Origin: an uncultured Acidimicrobiia bacterium
Lineage (GTDB): Bacteria; Actinomycetota; Acidimicrobiia; Acidimicrobiales; AC-14
Direction of reading: 5' to 3'
Assembly (NCBI GenBank): GCA_963836205.1
Contig: CAWIIV010000006.1
Span: forward strand, 384,001 to 448,000
Length of the DNA stretch: 64,000 nucleotides
Shown: positions 32,525 through 41,441 of the stretch, piece by piece
How the letters are laid out: each line of letters starts with the position of its first letter
Numbering within the stretch: the first letter of the stretch is position 1
The notes under the pieces: generated by a model
What the model was told of the DNA's origin: nothing
What the model saw: the letters and a program-made list of their open reading frames with translations, nothing else
The model's database searches: none
Translations under genes and position numbers: made by a program

Positions 32525-34200
32525 CCGCTCCCGTCCGGCCCGTTCCCCCGGTCAGAATCGTCTTCCTCGGGGGGCTGGGGGAGATCGGTCGCAACTGCGC
32601 CATCGTCGAGCAGGACGACCGCCTCATGATCCTCGACTGCGGGTTGATGTTCCCCGACGCGGAGATGCTCGGCGTCGACCTGGTCCTGCCCGACTTCACC
32701 TGGCTGCGGGAGAACGCCCACCGGGTCGAGGCCTGCATCATCACCCACGGCCACGAGGACCACATGGGCGGCCTGTCCTACCTGCTGCGCGACCTGTCGT
32801 TCCCGATCTACGGGTCGCACCTCACCCTGGGCCTGGCCCGGAACCGCATCGAGGAAGCGGGGCTCCTCCACCGCACCGAGCTCATCCCCGTGGTCGACGG
32901 CGAGCGGCGGCGGATCGGCCCCTTCGACTGCGAGTTCATCCCCGTCACCCACTCGGTGCCCCACGGCTTCGCCACCGCCTTCCACACCCCCCAGGGCGTG
33001 ATCCTGCACTCGGGCGACTTCAAGATCGACCTCACGCCCGTCGACGGCCGCTGCACCGACCTGGCCCGCATCGGCGCCCTGGCCGCCGGCCCCGGCATCC
33101 GCCTGCTGCTGGCCGACTCCACCAACGCCGAGGAGCCGGGCCACACCGCCACCGAGAGCTCGGTGGGCAAGGTCCTGCGCACCCTGTTCGCGGAGCACAC
33201 CGACAAGCGGGTCATCACCGCCTGCTTCGCCAGCCACATCCACCGGGTGCAGCAGATCGCCGACGCGGCCGTGGCCAACGGCCGGGTGGTGGCCACCCTG
33301 GGCCGGTCGATGGCCAAGAACGTGGCCCTCGCCCGCCAGATGGGCCTGCTCACCATCCCAGACGACTCCCTGGTCGACATCGAGCGCATCGGCGACCACG
33401 ACCCCCGCCGGGTGTGCGTGATCTCCACCGGCTCCCAGGGCGAGCCCATGTCGGCCCTGTCCCTCATGGCCGCGGGCGAGAACAAGTGGCTCAAGGTGGG
33501 CGACGGCGACGTGATCATCATCAGCGCCCACGCCATCCCCGGCAACGAGTACAGCGTGAACAAGGTGATCGACGGCCTCTACCGCCTGGGAGCGGAAGTG
33601 GTGCACTCGGGGCTGGCCGACGTCCACGTCACCGGCCACGCCAAGAGCGAGGAGCTCAAGACCCTCCTCAGCCTGGCCAAGCCGGCCGCCTTCATCCCCG
33701 TCCACGGCGAGTTCCGCCACCTCACCCACCACGCCCGCCTGGCCATCGAGATGGGCGTGGCCGAGCACAACGTGCTCCTGGCCGAGGACGGCGACGTCAT
33801 CCAACTGTCCGACGAGGGCATCGACTTCGTCGACTCCGTCCCCGCCGGCTACCTCTACGTCGACGGCATCGTGGGCGACGTCGGCCACGGGGTGCTCCGC
33901 GACCGCCGGGTGCTCTCGGAGGAGGGCGTGATCGTGGTGGTGGTCACCGTCGACGTCAAGAGCGGCGAACTGCTGGCCCGCCCCGAGATCATCACCAAGG
34001 GTTGGGTCTTCGCCCCCGAGGCCGAGGCCCTCCTGGAAGAAGCCCGCCAGCGGGTGGTGGAAACGCTCGCCCAGGCGGCCAGCGAGGGCGCCTCCGACAT
34101 CGAGACGCTCAAGCGCCACGTGCGCCAGGCGGTGGGACGGTTCGTCAACGAAAAGACCAGGCGGCGACCTATGATCGTCCCCGTGGTGATGGAGGCCTGA
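32521..34200 (+). CDS. rnj: Ribonuclease J
   Basis: GGLGEIGRN, THGHEDH, HSGDFK, STGSQGEP, HVTGHA, PVHGE. Confidence 0.96.
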   Translation: MTAPVRPVPPVRIVFLGGLGEIGRNCAIVEQDDRLMILDCGLMFPDAEMLGVDLVLPDFTWLRENAHRVEACIITHGHEDHMGGLSYLLRDLSFPIYGSHLTLGLARNRIEEAGLLHRTELIPVVDGERRRIGPFDCEFIPVTHSVPHGFATAFHTPQGVILHSGDFKIDLTPVDGRCTDLARIGALAAGPGIRLLLADSTNAEEPGHTATESSVGKVLRTLFAEHTDKRVITACFASHIHRVQQIADAAVANGRVVATLGRSMAKNVALARQMGLLTIPDDSLVDIERIGDHDPRRVCVISTGSQGEPMSALSLMAAGENKWLKVGDGDVIIISAHAIPGNEYSVNKVIDGLYRLGAEVVHSGLADVHVTGHAKSEELKTLLSLAKPAAFIPVHGEFRHLTHHARLAIEMGVAEHNVLLAEDGDVIQLSDEGIDFVDSVPAGYLYVDGIVGDVGHGVLRDRRVLSEEGVIVVVVTVDVKSGELLARPEIITKGWVFAPEAEALLEEARQRVVETLAQAASEGASDIETLKRHVRQAVGRFVNEKTRRRPMIVPVVMEA

Positions 34201-34550
34201 TGTCCGACTCCCCCCTGTCTGACTCCCCCCTGTCTGACTCGCCGATGAGTGGCGGGCCGATGACGAAGGACGAACTGTCCGACACGCTGCGGGCGATGGC
34301 TCCCGACGAGGGGGAGACGCTCTACATCGAGCGCCGGGGCGACGACTACGCCTGGTCCGAGGGCAACGGCCTGGAGAACGCGGCCACCCTCCCCGACGCC
34401 TGGATCTCCTACACCGGGCGCTGGCCGGCCCACGACGCCGAGAAGTGGCGGGAGTTCTTCGCCGACCTCATCGCCGAGCTGGAGTCGATGACCGGCAACG
34501 CCGACCGCTGCCGCTGGCCCCTCGACGACCCCTGGAGCCACCACCACTGA
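34200..34550 (+). CDS. Hypothetical protein
   Basis: ATG overlaps the rnj stop; SDSPL repeats at the start (alternative start 34260); ends CRWPLDDPWSHHH. Confidence 0.7.
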   Translation: MSDSPLSDSPLSDSPMSGGPMTKDELSDTLRAMAPDEGETLYIERRGDDYAWSEGNGLENAATLPDAWISYTGRWPAHDAEKWREFFADLIAELESMTGNADRCRWPLDDPWSHHH

Positions 34551-34793
34551 GTGATCGGGGGAAGGGCGGGCCTTCCCCCCGAACCCCCTCCCGGGGTGCC
34601 GGCCCGGCGGCCGGCGGGGGGCCATCCGAAGCGGCCGCCTGCGGCGGCGTGGGCGGCCGGCTGGGAAAACCTTGAACCACCAGGGCGCGAAGGTGCTGGT
34701 GGGCGGGTTGTTTCGGCGGGGACAGGTCTCCCTTGCCGGGTTGGGGGCTTGTAGATACACTGCCCGCACACAGCAGCCCGGGGGAGGCCAATA

Positions 34794-35048
34794 TTGGAAG
34801 CTGACAGTCTGGCAGGTTGGTACGTCGGCTACGTCATAGCAGCCGTCGTAATCGTTTTGGTGGTTGCTCTCGTGGCCATCATCCTGTCTCTCGTACGGCG
34901 CATCGGGCAGCAGGCCGGAGCGGTCGTCGACGTGCTCGACGATGTCCGCAAGAACACGACGTCGATTCCGGCAGTCGCCACGCTCAACCAGGCGCTGCTC
35001 TCCGTCGTCAACCACGCCGCTACCGCCCGTAAGGCCCTAGGAGGCTAA
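34794..35048 (+). CDS. Small single-TM protein 1 (hydrogenase-associated)
   Basis: GGGGGAGG RBS, TTG start, TM helix followed by amphipathic heptad helix. Confidence 0.8.
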   Translation: MEADSLAGWYVGYVIAAVVIVLVVALVAIILSLVRRIGQQAGAVVDVLDDVRKNTTSIPAVATLNQALLSVVNHAATARKALGG

Positions 35049-35050
35049 GA

Positions 35051-35326
35051 ATGGTTTTCGGACTCGCATCGGAACACGAGCTGTTCTGGTGGATCACGTT
35101 GGGCCTGGGGGCGGTCGTCATCTCGGCCGTGATCCTGCTCCTGTTCCTGCTCCTCCAGTACGTGAAGGACGTCGGCCGCGGTGTCCAGGCCATCTGGGAC
35201 ATGGCCAGCCGGGTCGCGGCCCAGACGGTGTGCACCTGGATGCTCCCGACCACGGTCGAGATGTGCAAGGCCCTCCGCGAGGAGCTCGGCCTCCACGTCA
35301 AGCTGCTCACGCCGGCCGGAAAGTAG
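35051..35326 (+). CDS. Small single-TM protein 2 (hydrogenase-associated)
   Basis: AGGAGG RBS, FWWITLGLGAVV.. TM followed by amphipathic helix. Confidence 0.8.
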   Translation: MVFGLASEHELFWWITLGLGAVVISAVILLLFLLLQYVKDVGRGVQAIWDMASRVAAQTVCTWMLPTTVEMCKALREELGLHVKLLTPAGK

Positions 35327-35338
35327 GGGGAGACTGAC

Positions 35339-35596
35339 ATGATCGCTCTGCAAGTCGTACTTACCTGCGTCGAGATCGTTCTCCTCGCCGGCGTCCTCGT
35401 CTACTTCCTCCGGGCCATCGACGCCCAGCTGGTGGGCGTCGTCGACAACCTGGTCAAGATCTCCAAGGGCGTGAAGGCGGTCGAGGACCACTGCGCCATC
35501 ATCGGCCCAGGTGCCGACCAGGTGAACCGCATCCTCGGCGAGGCCGCTGGTGGCCTCACCCAGGCGTGCGTGCTGGCCGAGGGCCTCAGCGCCTAA
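35339..35596 (+). CDS. Small single-TM protein 3 (hydrogenase-associated)
   Basis: GGGGAG RBS, LTCVEIVLLAGVLVYFL TM, KISKGVKAVEDH..IGPG. Confidence 0.8.
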   Translation: MIALQVVLTCVEIVLLAGVLVYFLRAIDAQLVGVVDNLVKISKGVKAVEDHCAIIGPGADQVNRILGEAAGGLTQACVLAEGLSA

Positions 35597-35631
35597 AGCC
35601 ACAACCCATCGAAGGGGACTCGTTCCCCGGA

Positions 35632-35665
35632 CAAGAGCGGCGCCGGTTCTCCGGCGCCGCTCTTG
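35632..35665 (+). terminator. Perfect 15-bp stem terminator after the TM1-3 operon
   Basis: caagagcggcgccgg-ttct-ccggcgccgctcttg followed by ccttt. Confidence 0.75.
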
Positions 35666-35716
35666 CCTTTCAGGACCGGCTGCTTTTCAGGACCGGCTGC
35701 TTTTCAGGACCGGCGG
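35666..35716. repeat. 17-bp tandem repeat x3 containing a stop codon
   Basis: c(c/t)tttcaggaccggc(tg/gg). Confidence 0.9.
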
Positions 35717-36198
35717 AGGGCCAGGACGAGGGCCCCGGCCGCCAACACCGCCGTCCCGACGTCGGAGAGGGTGCCTCCGAGCACGAAGCCGAGGGAGTCG
35801 TCGGCGTCGGCGGCGATCATGACGTCGACCACCACGACGGCCGCGCCCACCGCCACCAGCCAGCCCGCGGCCACGCCCACCATGAGCCGGGCCGTGGCCG
35901 CCAGGGCGGCCGAGCCCGCGGCCAGCACCGCGCCCACTGCCAGGGCGGCTCCCACCGCGATCCCTCCCCCACCTCCACCGGCGAAGGAGAAGCCGCTGAG
36001 GCCGACGATCTTGGCCCGCAGCTTCCAGGAGTCGTCGTCCCCTGAGATCCCGTCGAGGGTGAGGCCGGAGATCAGGGCTCCGGCCAGCACCAGCAGGCAG
36101 GCGGTGGCGATCACCAACGCCACCGTGGGGTTGGCGTCACGGCCGGAGGCGCCGCCCGCAGGTCGGTCGGGCGACCAGGGTTGATAGGTGCCGCTCAC
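35704..36198 (-). CDS. Hypothetical integral membrane protein (~4 TM)
   Basis: AAGGAG RBS, GTG start, four hydrophobic segments. Confidence 0.65.
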   Translation of the reverse strand: MSGTYQPWSPDRPAGGASGRDANPTVALVIATACLLVLAGALISGLTLDGISGDDDSWKLRAKIVGLSGFSFAGGGGGGIAVGAALAVGAVLAAGSAALAATARLMVGVAAGWLVAVGAAVVVVDVMIAADADDSLGFVLGGTLSDVGTAVLAAGALVLALRRS

Positions 36199-36543
36199 GC
36201 CGGGCTCCTTCGTCGGGAGGTAGAGGCCCGCGGAGTGTGACACAGCGGCAGCGGCCGACACGCGGGGCCGGCGCCCCCCAACTACCAGAACGGTCCCCGG
36301 CGCCGCGCCAGAGGGCTCTCAGAGGGCCGTGGCGGGCCGTGGCGGGGCCGGGCCGAGAGGTACGGGCTCGCCGGCGCCGTTCTCCCGTTTGGACCCGGAC
36401 GCGCCACTGCGCCGAGCGTCGGCTCGGCGCAGCAAGGTGGACCGAAGGCCGCGGCCGCCAGCGGGGATGAACGCCAACGACGAATGCCCGTCCCGCGTGC
36501 CGGCGATCCGGCACCCGGGACGGGCATTTCGCCCGGTCAGGCT

Positions 36544-36957
36544 TTAGCGACCCTTGGCGCGGGCGACAGCCGCGGCCATCTTGGACGCACCCGGGGCGAC
36601 AGACCCGGAGGCCGGAGCCGCCGCTGCGCCGCGGGGTCGAGCAGCACCGCGGGCCGGGGCCGGGGGCGGGGCCTTGTGCGGGGACGGCTTGCCGGCGGCC
36701 TTGGCCGCAAGCGCCGCGCCGACGAGCTCGAGGAGGCCCTCGAGGTCGTCGTCGATACCCAGCACGTCACCGGCGATTCCACCGACGACCCGGTTGACGG
36801 GGTCGGTCTGGCGCTTGATGTTCTGCACCGCCTCGACGATGGTGTCGAGGGCGGAGGTGACGACCTTCAGGCCAGCGGCGATCGCAATGAGGTGGTAGGC
36901 GATGGCCAGAACGATCACGGCGACCACGATCAGCGTGGCCACAGTTTCGGGTCCCAT
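36544..36957 (-). CDS. Small single-TM protein 5 with Ala/Pro/Lys tail (hydrogenase-associated)
   Basis: AAGGAG RBS; TM followed by LKVVTSALDTIVEAVQNIKRQTDPV. Confidence 0.8.
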   Translation of the reverse strand: MGPETVATLIVVAVIVLAIAYHLIAIAAGLKVVTSALDTIVEAVQNIKRQTDPVNRVVGGIAGDVLGIDDDLEGLLELVGAALAAKAAGKPSPHKAPPPAPARGAARPRGAAAAPASGSVAPGASKMAAAVARAKGR

Positions 36958-37002
36958 GGAACTCCTTCTTGTTCTCGGGTTGCCGGGTAACTACAGAGAG
37001 GG

Positions 37003-37251
37003 CTACAGCGCCCGGAGCAGGGCCGCGCCGTACCTGCCCACCAAGCGGCGGGCCGCAGTGGACAACTCGTTGGTCTTGACCAGCTTGGGCACCGCGTCGA
37101 GCCGCCGGCTGATGCCGCCCGCACCGGAGATGATCTCGCCGGCCAGCCCCTGGATCGTCTTGATGCGCCCCAGAACGCTTGCCGCGCTCTTCGCCACTAC
37201 CAGACCGGCAAGCAACATGACGACGATGCCCACCCACCACAAAACAACCAT
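37003..37251 (-). CDS. Small single-TM protein 4 (hydrogenase-associated)
   Basis: GAAAGG RBS; LWWVGIVV TM followed by IKTIQGLAGEIISG..LDAVPKLVKT. Confidence 0.8.
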   Translation of the reverse strand: MVVLWWVGIVVMLLAGLVVAKSAASVLGRIKTIQGLAGEIISGAGGISRRLDAVPKLVKTNELSTAARRLVGRYGAALLRAL

Positions 37252-37498
37252 CTACCTTTCCCCCTTGTCTCGGTCCACGGCCGGATTCCGTCGGCGCCGG
37301 CTCTGATCCTGGGATCAGACGGTGCCGCCGAAGCGGCCCTGCTGTACCTCATCTGCCGGCCGTCTCCCGGAGGAGCCAGCCGGTACCACGTCGACCTTCG
37401 CCCCGCTGTTCGCGGCGGATGCAGGGAGGACGGTAGACGGCCCGAGCCACACGTGTCGAGTGGCAAACGCAAAGTCACCCCCACGACCCTGCAACCGA

Positions 37499-37593
37499 CC
37501 CCGAAAACCTGGACCGGAGGCCCCGAAAACCTGCCACTGAGGCCCGGAAACCTGCACCTGAACCCAGGAAACCTGCACCTGAACCCAGGAAAG
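37499..37593. repeat. Phased 21-22 bp direct repeats with (G/A)AAACCTG core
   Basis: Units at 37499, 37521, 37543, 37564 and a partial one at 37585. Confidence 0.88.
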
Positions 37594-37710
37594 CAGAGGG
37601 GGCCGGCCCCGCGGCCGACCCCTTCCCGTGCAATCTTCCATCGGCGAGCCCACGTGCGCCGTGACTCCCAGGGGCGCCGACCTCGCTCAACTCAAGCCGC
37701 CGGGTTCAAC

Positions 37711-37923
37711 TCACGCGCGCCGGAGGCCCTCGAGGGCGCCCCTGCCGGACTTCAACAGCTGGCTGGCCATGGGGATGGCGCCGTTCATGGCACCGCTGAG
37801 GGCCTTGGTGACCTCGCCCGACGAGGCCATGCCGGTGACGGCCCGCTTCACGTTGCCCAGGCTCTCAGAGCCGGACTTGGCGCCGACGAACCAGCCGACG
37901 GCAACCCCGATCAGAACGCCCAT
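37711..37923 (-). CDS. Small membrane-associated hypothetical protein, coupled to hypC
   Basis: GGAGG RBS; MGVLIGVAVGWFVGAKSG followed by amphipathic helices. Confidence 0.75.
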   Translation of the reverse strand: MGVLIGVAVGWFVGAKSGSESLGNVKRAVTGMASSGEVTKALSGAMNGAIPMASQLLKSGRGALEGLRRA

Positions 37924-38204
37924 TTCGAAACCTCCGAAGGTTCGTCGAATCCATCGAACTCGTCTTGGGCGTCGTCAGACGGCCCCCGCATCATCACCAG
38001 GCCACGCATGGCGTTCTCAGCTTCGGCGGCGTCGATCTTCTGCATGGCGAAGCCGACGTGGATGAGGACCCACTCGCCCGGCACGACGCCGCCCTCGATG
38101 AGGCCGGTGTTGACGTTGCGCTTCTCCCCCATGACGTCGATCGTCGCCAGGTCAGAGTGCTCTGGCACCAGCTCGACAACCTTCCCGGGAATCCCGAGGC
38201 ACAT
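37911..38204 (-). CDS. hypC: Hydrogenase maturation chaperone HypC
   Basis: MCLGIPG, WVLIHVGFA. Confidence 0.95.
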   Translation of the reverse strand: MCLGIPGKVVELVPEHSDLATIDVMGEKRNVNTGLIEGGVVPGEWVLIHVGFAMQKIDAAEAENAMRGLVMMRGPSDDAQDEFDGFDEPSEVSKWAF

Positions 38205-38405
38205 CGTGGTTCCTCCTTCACGGGCTCGGTGCGATGACGCGGTGCGACGCCAACGCAGTTCCCAAGCCCCAGCGACGAAACGACCCCGACATCGTCCAAG
38301 TCAGTGTCGACTTCGGTCGGTGAGGATCGATCATCCCCACCGACCGCAGACGATGTCGGCAACAGCACCGGTACGCAGGCGACTCACGTCCCCCGCGTAC
38401 CCCAC

Positions 38406-38525
38406 TCACATGTGACGAATACGGCGGTACCGGTTCATATCCGGGATCGACCGGAGGAACATGAACAGGAATCCGAGAACGAGCAGGGCCAGCACGATAA
38501 GTGCAACGATGCCAACAATGTTCAC
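38406..38525 (-). CDS. 39-aa DUF6893-like micropeptide (absent from the ORF track)
   Basis: GTG start; NIVGIVALIVLALLVLGFLFMFLRSIPDMNRYRRIRHM, paralogous to the upstream ORF. Confidence 0.8.
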   Translation of the reverse strand: MNIVGIVALIVLALLVLGFLFMFLRSIPDMNRYRRIRHM

Positions 38526-38531
38526 GTCAGC

Positions 38532-38636
38532 TCACATCTCCCGAATCTTGAGGTAGCGCTGGATGTCGGGGAGGGAGTTGACGACCATCCCTGCCACCAC
38601 TGCCACGACCAGGCTCTTTACCAACTTACCGAGCAT
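38532..38636 (-). CDS. 34-aa DUF6893-like micropeptide
   Basis: AAGGAG RBS; MLGKLVKSLVVAVVAGMVVNSLPDIQRYLKIREM. Confidence 0.82.
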   Translation of the reverse strand: MLGKLVKSLVVAVVAGMVVNSLPDIQRYLKIREM

Positions 38637-38637
38637 T

Positions 38638-39138
38638 TCAGCTCTCCTTTCCGGCAACAAGTGCCGACATCTCTTGCTGGAGCAGTTCTCCCACCACCTG
38701 TACCGCCTTGTCAACAGCCACCGCTACTGCCGGAGAGAGACCCATTCGCTCCTCCAGCTCGGCTGGTTCACAACCGACCACCAACAGCCGCCTGACCTCT
38801 CCACCGAGGTCGGCGAGCAAAGCCAACACTGCCAACGGATGCATCTCGTGTGCATCGACATCAACCTCGTCTCGATCGAAATCGAGGTCGGGCTCGAAAA
38901 GATACACCGTACCGGGCTCGTCGCCCCGGGGAAGTGCGTCGAGCAGGATTACCAGGTCGTAGTCGTTGTCCCGCAGGTCGTAGGCCAGGTGGAGGCCCCG
39001 TATCCCGTAGTCGATGACTGACACCCCTTCGGGCACCGGTTCGTGACTCAACCGCAGCGCCAGCTCGACGCCGAAGGCGTCGTCGGCCAGGAAGATGTTG
39101 CCGATACCGGCAACGAGGATGTTGGGTCGGGCCGTCAC
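38638..39138 (-). CDS. Hydrogenase maturation endopeptidase
   Basis: AGIGNIFLADDAFG, DYGIRGLHLAY, LLDA, DAHEMHP, VGCEP. Confidence 0.93.
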   Translation of the reverse strand: MTARPNILVAGIGNIFLADDAFGVELALRLSHEPVPEGVSVIDYGIRGLHLAYDLRDNDYDLVILLDALPRGDEPGTVYLFEPDLDFDRDEVDVDAHEMHPLAVLALLADLGGEVRRLLVVGCEPAELEERMGLSPAVAVAVDKAVQVVGELLQQEMSALVAGKES

Positions 39139-39163
39139 CGTGCACTCATTGGGACAGGCGCAC

Positions 39164-40684
39164 TCATTGGGACAGGACCTCGACCTCGTGGATCCGGAAG
39201 TAGCGGAACCGGCCGATCCAGCTCGGGAGCTCGGTCGCAGCCGGGTCGTCGTCGACGGAGACCGCCAGGTGGATGTCGCCGTCGATGTCGTGGAAGACGC
39301 CCTCCACGGTGGCTGTGAGGCCCACCAGGAACATGTCCTGGGCATCGGAGCGGTTGCCGGGGTGGAGGCGCACCTTGGCCCCCTTGCCCACCTGCACGCC
39401 GCTCAGCCGGGTGGTGTCCTCGAACGGCTTGTAGCGGGCGTCGGTCTCGGCGTCGAGGCGGACGTTGCCGATGAGGCCGTCGGCGTCGGTGCTGAAGGTG
39501 GGGAAGTCGTCGCCGTTCCCAGCCAGGCCGCCACCAAACTCGTTGGCGAAATCGGAGCCGAACGGGGCCATGTCGCCCGTGCCGAGCCCGGAGTCGACCT
39601 CGTCGTCGTCCTCGTCGTCGTCGTCGTCGACCACGGCGTTGCCGGGGAGGGGGATGGAGCGCAGCGACCGGATGGCGCCGTGGAGCTTCTCCATCATCTC
39701 CGGGGGCATGTTCTCGACCCGGTCCATGATGGCGGCCGACCGGGGGTCGGTGCCGCGGGCCTCGGCCCGCTCCTCCTCGGTCAAGGTGTTGACGAAGAGG
39801 TGGAGCATCTCGTCGACCTCGGTGGCGTCGTAGAAGTCGCCTTCGCTCTCAGGAGCGATCTCCGGGTAGTCGGACAGGGTGATCGGCGACGACAGGATCG
39901 TGTTGCGGTGGTCTTCGTCGCCGATGAGGCACGGCCAGGTGCCGGCGTTGACGCAGCCGGCGACGGCCGGCTTGGCGAACTCGGGCGGGTCGGCCAGGGA
40001 GATGAACGAGCCGTTGCGCACCTCGAGGAGGGTGTGGACGGCCGCCATGCAGTAGCGGACGAACTCCTCCCGGGCCGCCCCGTGCTTGGCCCAGTCGGTG
40101 AGGTTCTCGATGACGACCCGGACCTTGACGATCGAGAACGGGCTGTCGTCGCGCTCGGCGCTGACCCGGGCCACGGCCGTGAGGGGCACCGTCTCCCGGA
40201 TCATGCGGCCGACGAGGGTGCCTTCCTTGTCGGTGATGTCCTCGGTGGAGTGGGAGGCGGGGAAGTCGAGGGGCATGTCGCGGCCATGGGCGACGAGATC
40301 GGCCAGCGGCACCTCGGCCAGGTCGATCTCCTCCTCGATGGCCTCCTGCCAGTCGGTGATGATGCGGTCGTCGACGGTGAGCGACGCCACCGGCCGGAAG
40401 TAGCGGTCGCCCGCATCGGTCTCGACCAGCGCCTCGACGCTGCGGGACTGCACCCGCAGGAAGCGCAGCTTGACGTCGAGGACGGGCTCCCGGCTGGAGT
40501 CGACCAGGACCTCGGTCTGCATCGACCACCGCTCACCGGGGTCGAGCTCGGCCACCGACTTGGGGGCGACCACGCCGAACTGCCAGCGGACCTGGCTCTT
40601 GAGGCTCTTGGCCCGGTACGGGAACAGGACGTAGCCCTCGTAGAGGACGGCGTCGGCCACCCTGCGGGCGTCGGCCAGGCTCAC
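39164..40684 (-). CDS. Conserved group 1h hydrogenase-cluster hypothetical protein
   Basis: VADAVLYEGYVLFPYR, RWQFG, LSSPITLSDYPEIAPESEGDFYDATEVDE, DAQDMF. Confidence 0.85.
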   Translation of the reverse strand: MSLADARRVADAVLYEGYVLFPYRAKSLKSQVRWQFGVVAPKSVAELDPGERWSMQTEVLVDSSREPVLDVKLRFLRVQSRSVEALVETDAGDRYFRPVASLTVDDRIITDWQEAIEEEIDLAEVPLADLVAHGRDMPLDFPASHSTEDITDKEGTLVGRMIRETVPLTAVARVSAERDDSPFSIVKVRVVIENLTDWAKHGAAREEFVRYCMAAVHTLLEVRNGSFISLADPPEFAKPAVAGCVNAGTWPCLIGDEDHRNTILSSPITLSDYPEIAPESEGDFYDATEVDEMLHLFVNTLTEEERAEARGTDPRSAAIMDRVENMPPEMMEKLHGAIRSLRSIPLPGNAVVDDDDDEDDDEVDSGLGTGDMAPFGSDFANEFGGGLAGNGDDFPTFSTDADGLIGNVRLDAETDARYKPFEDTTRLSGVQVGKGAKVRLHPGNRSDAQDMFLVGLTATVEGVFHDIDGDIHLAVSVDDDPAATELPSWIGRFRYFRIHEVEVLSQ

Positions 40685-40694
40685 GAGCCAAACC

Positions 40695-41441
40695 TCACGA
40701 GGAGGCCCCGTTGCCGGTGGCGCCGTTGGAGGGCGCCCCGACCTCGGCGCCCTCGGCGGCCTTGGCCGCCTTGGGCTCGGGCGCACCGGACGCGTCCATC
40801 AGCCCGTTGGGCAGGTCGGCCTCGCCCAGGAGGACGTCGAACGTGCGCTCCCAGGAGGTGAGGCCCCGGATGGTGCGGAAGCGCTCCAGCTTGTCCATGG
40901 TGGCCCGCTCGAAGCGGATCCAGGCCTGGCCCGGGAAGTAGATGTCCATCACCGCTCGCCAGATGCCCGAGGGCAGGCCGAAGCGGGCCTCCTTGTTCCA
41001 CGGCACCGGCTCGATGGAGAAGCCGGACTCCCCCTTGGAGATGATGGTGCCGTTGAACAGCAGGTTGACGGGCACGTCGCCCGTCTCGATGGCGTGCAGG
41101 AACTTGGTGGAGGCCAGCTCCCAGTCGTAGGTGAGCGGCACCTGGATGTCGATCTCGACGCTGTCGGTGAACTGGGTGACCATGGTGCCCACCGTCGACC
41201 AGAAGAAGGGCTTGAGCGTCTGCCCCCAGCGCTCGCGCTCTCCGAACTGGGCGAGGAGGCGCTGCTCCTCCTCCGGCTCGTAGCGGCGGCGCTGGGGCTC
41301 GATCATGATCTGGGTGCGGAGGGCGACGGCGTAGATGCTGTCGCCGCTCGTCTCCGAGATGCGCACCTTGAACGTGATCGTCGGTGCGGCGCAGAAGCGC
41401 TCGGGCGCGACGCCGACGACCTCGAACTCGAGATCGCTCAC
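40695..41441 (-). CDS. DUF6084-like hydrogenase-cluster protein
   Basis: ALRTQIMIEPQRRRY, FGERERWGQTLKP, LLFNGT, VPWNKEA. Confidence 0.8.
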   Translation of the reverse strand: MSDLEFEVVGVAPERFCAAPTITFKVRISETSGDSIYAVALRTQIMIEPQRRRYEPEEEQRLLAQFGERERWGQTLKPFFWSTVGTMVTQFTDSVEIDIQVPLTYDWELASTKFLHAIETGDVPVNLLFNGTIISKGESGFSIEPVPWNKEARFGLPSGIWRAVMDIYFPGQAWIRFERATMDKLERFRTIRGLTSWERTFDVLLGEADLPNGLMDASGAPEPKAAKAAEGAEVGAPSNGATGNGASS

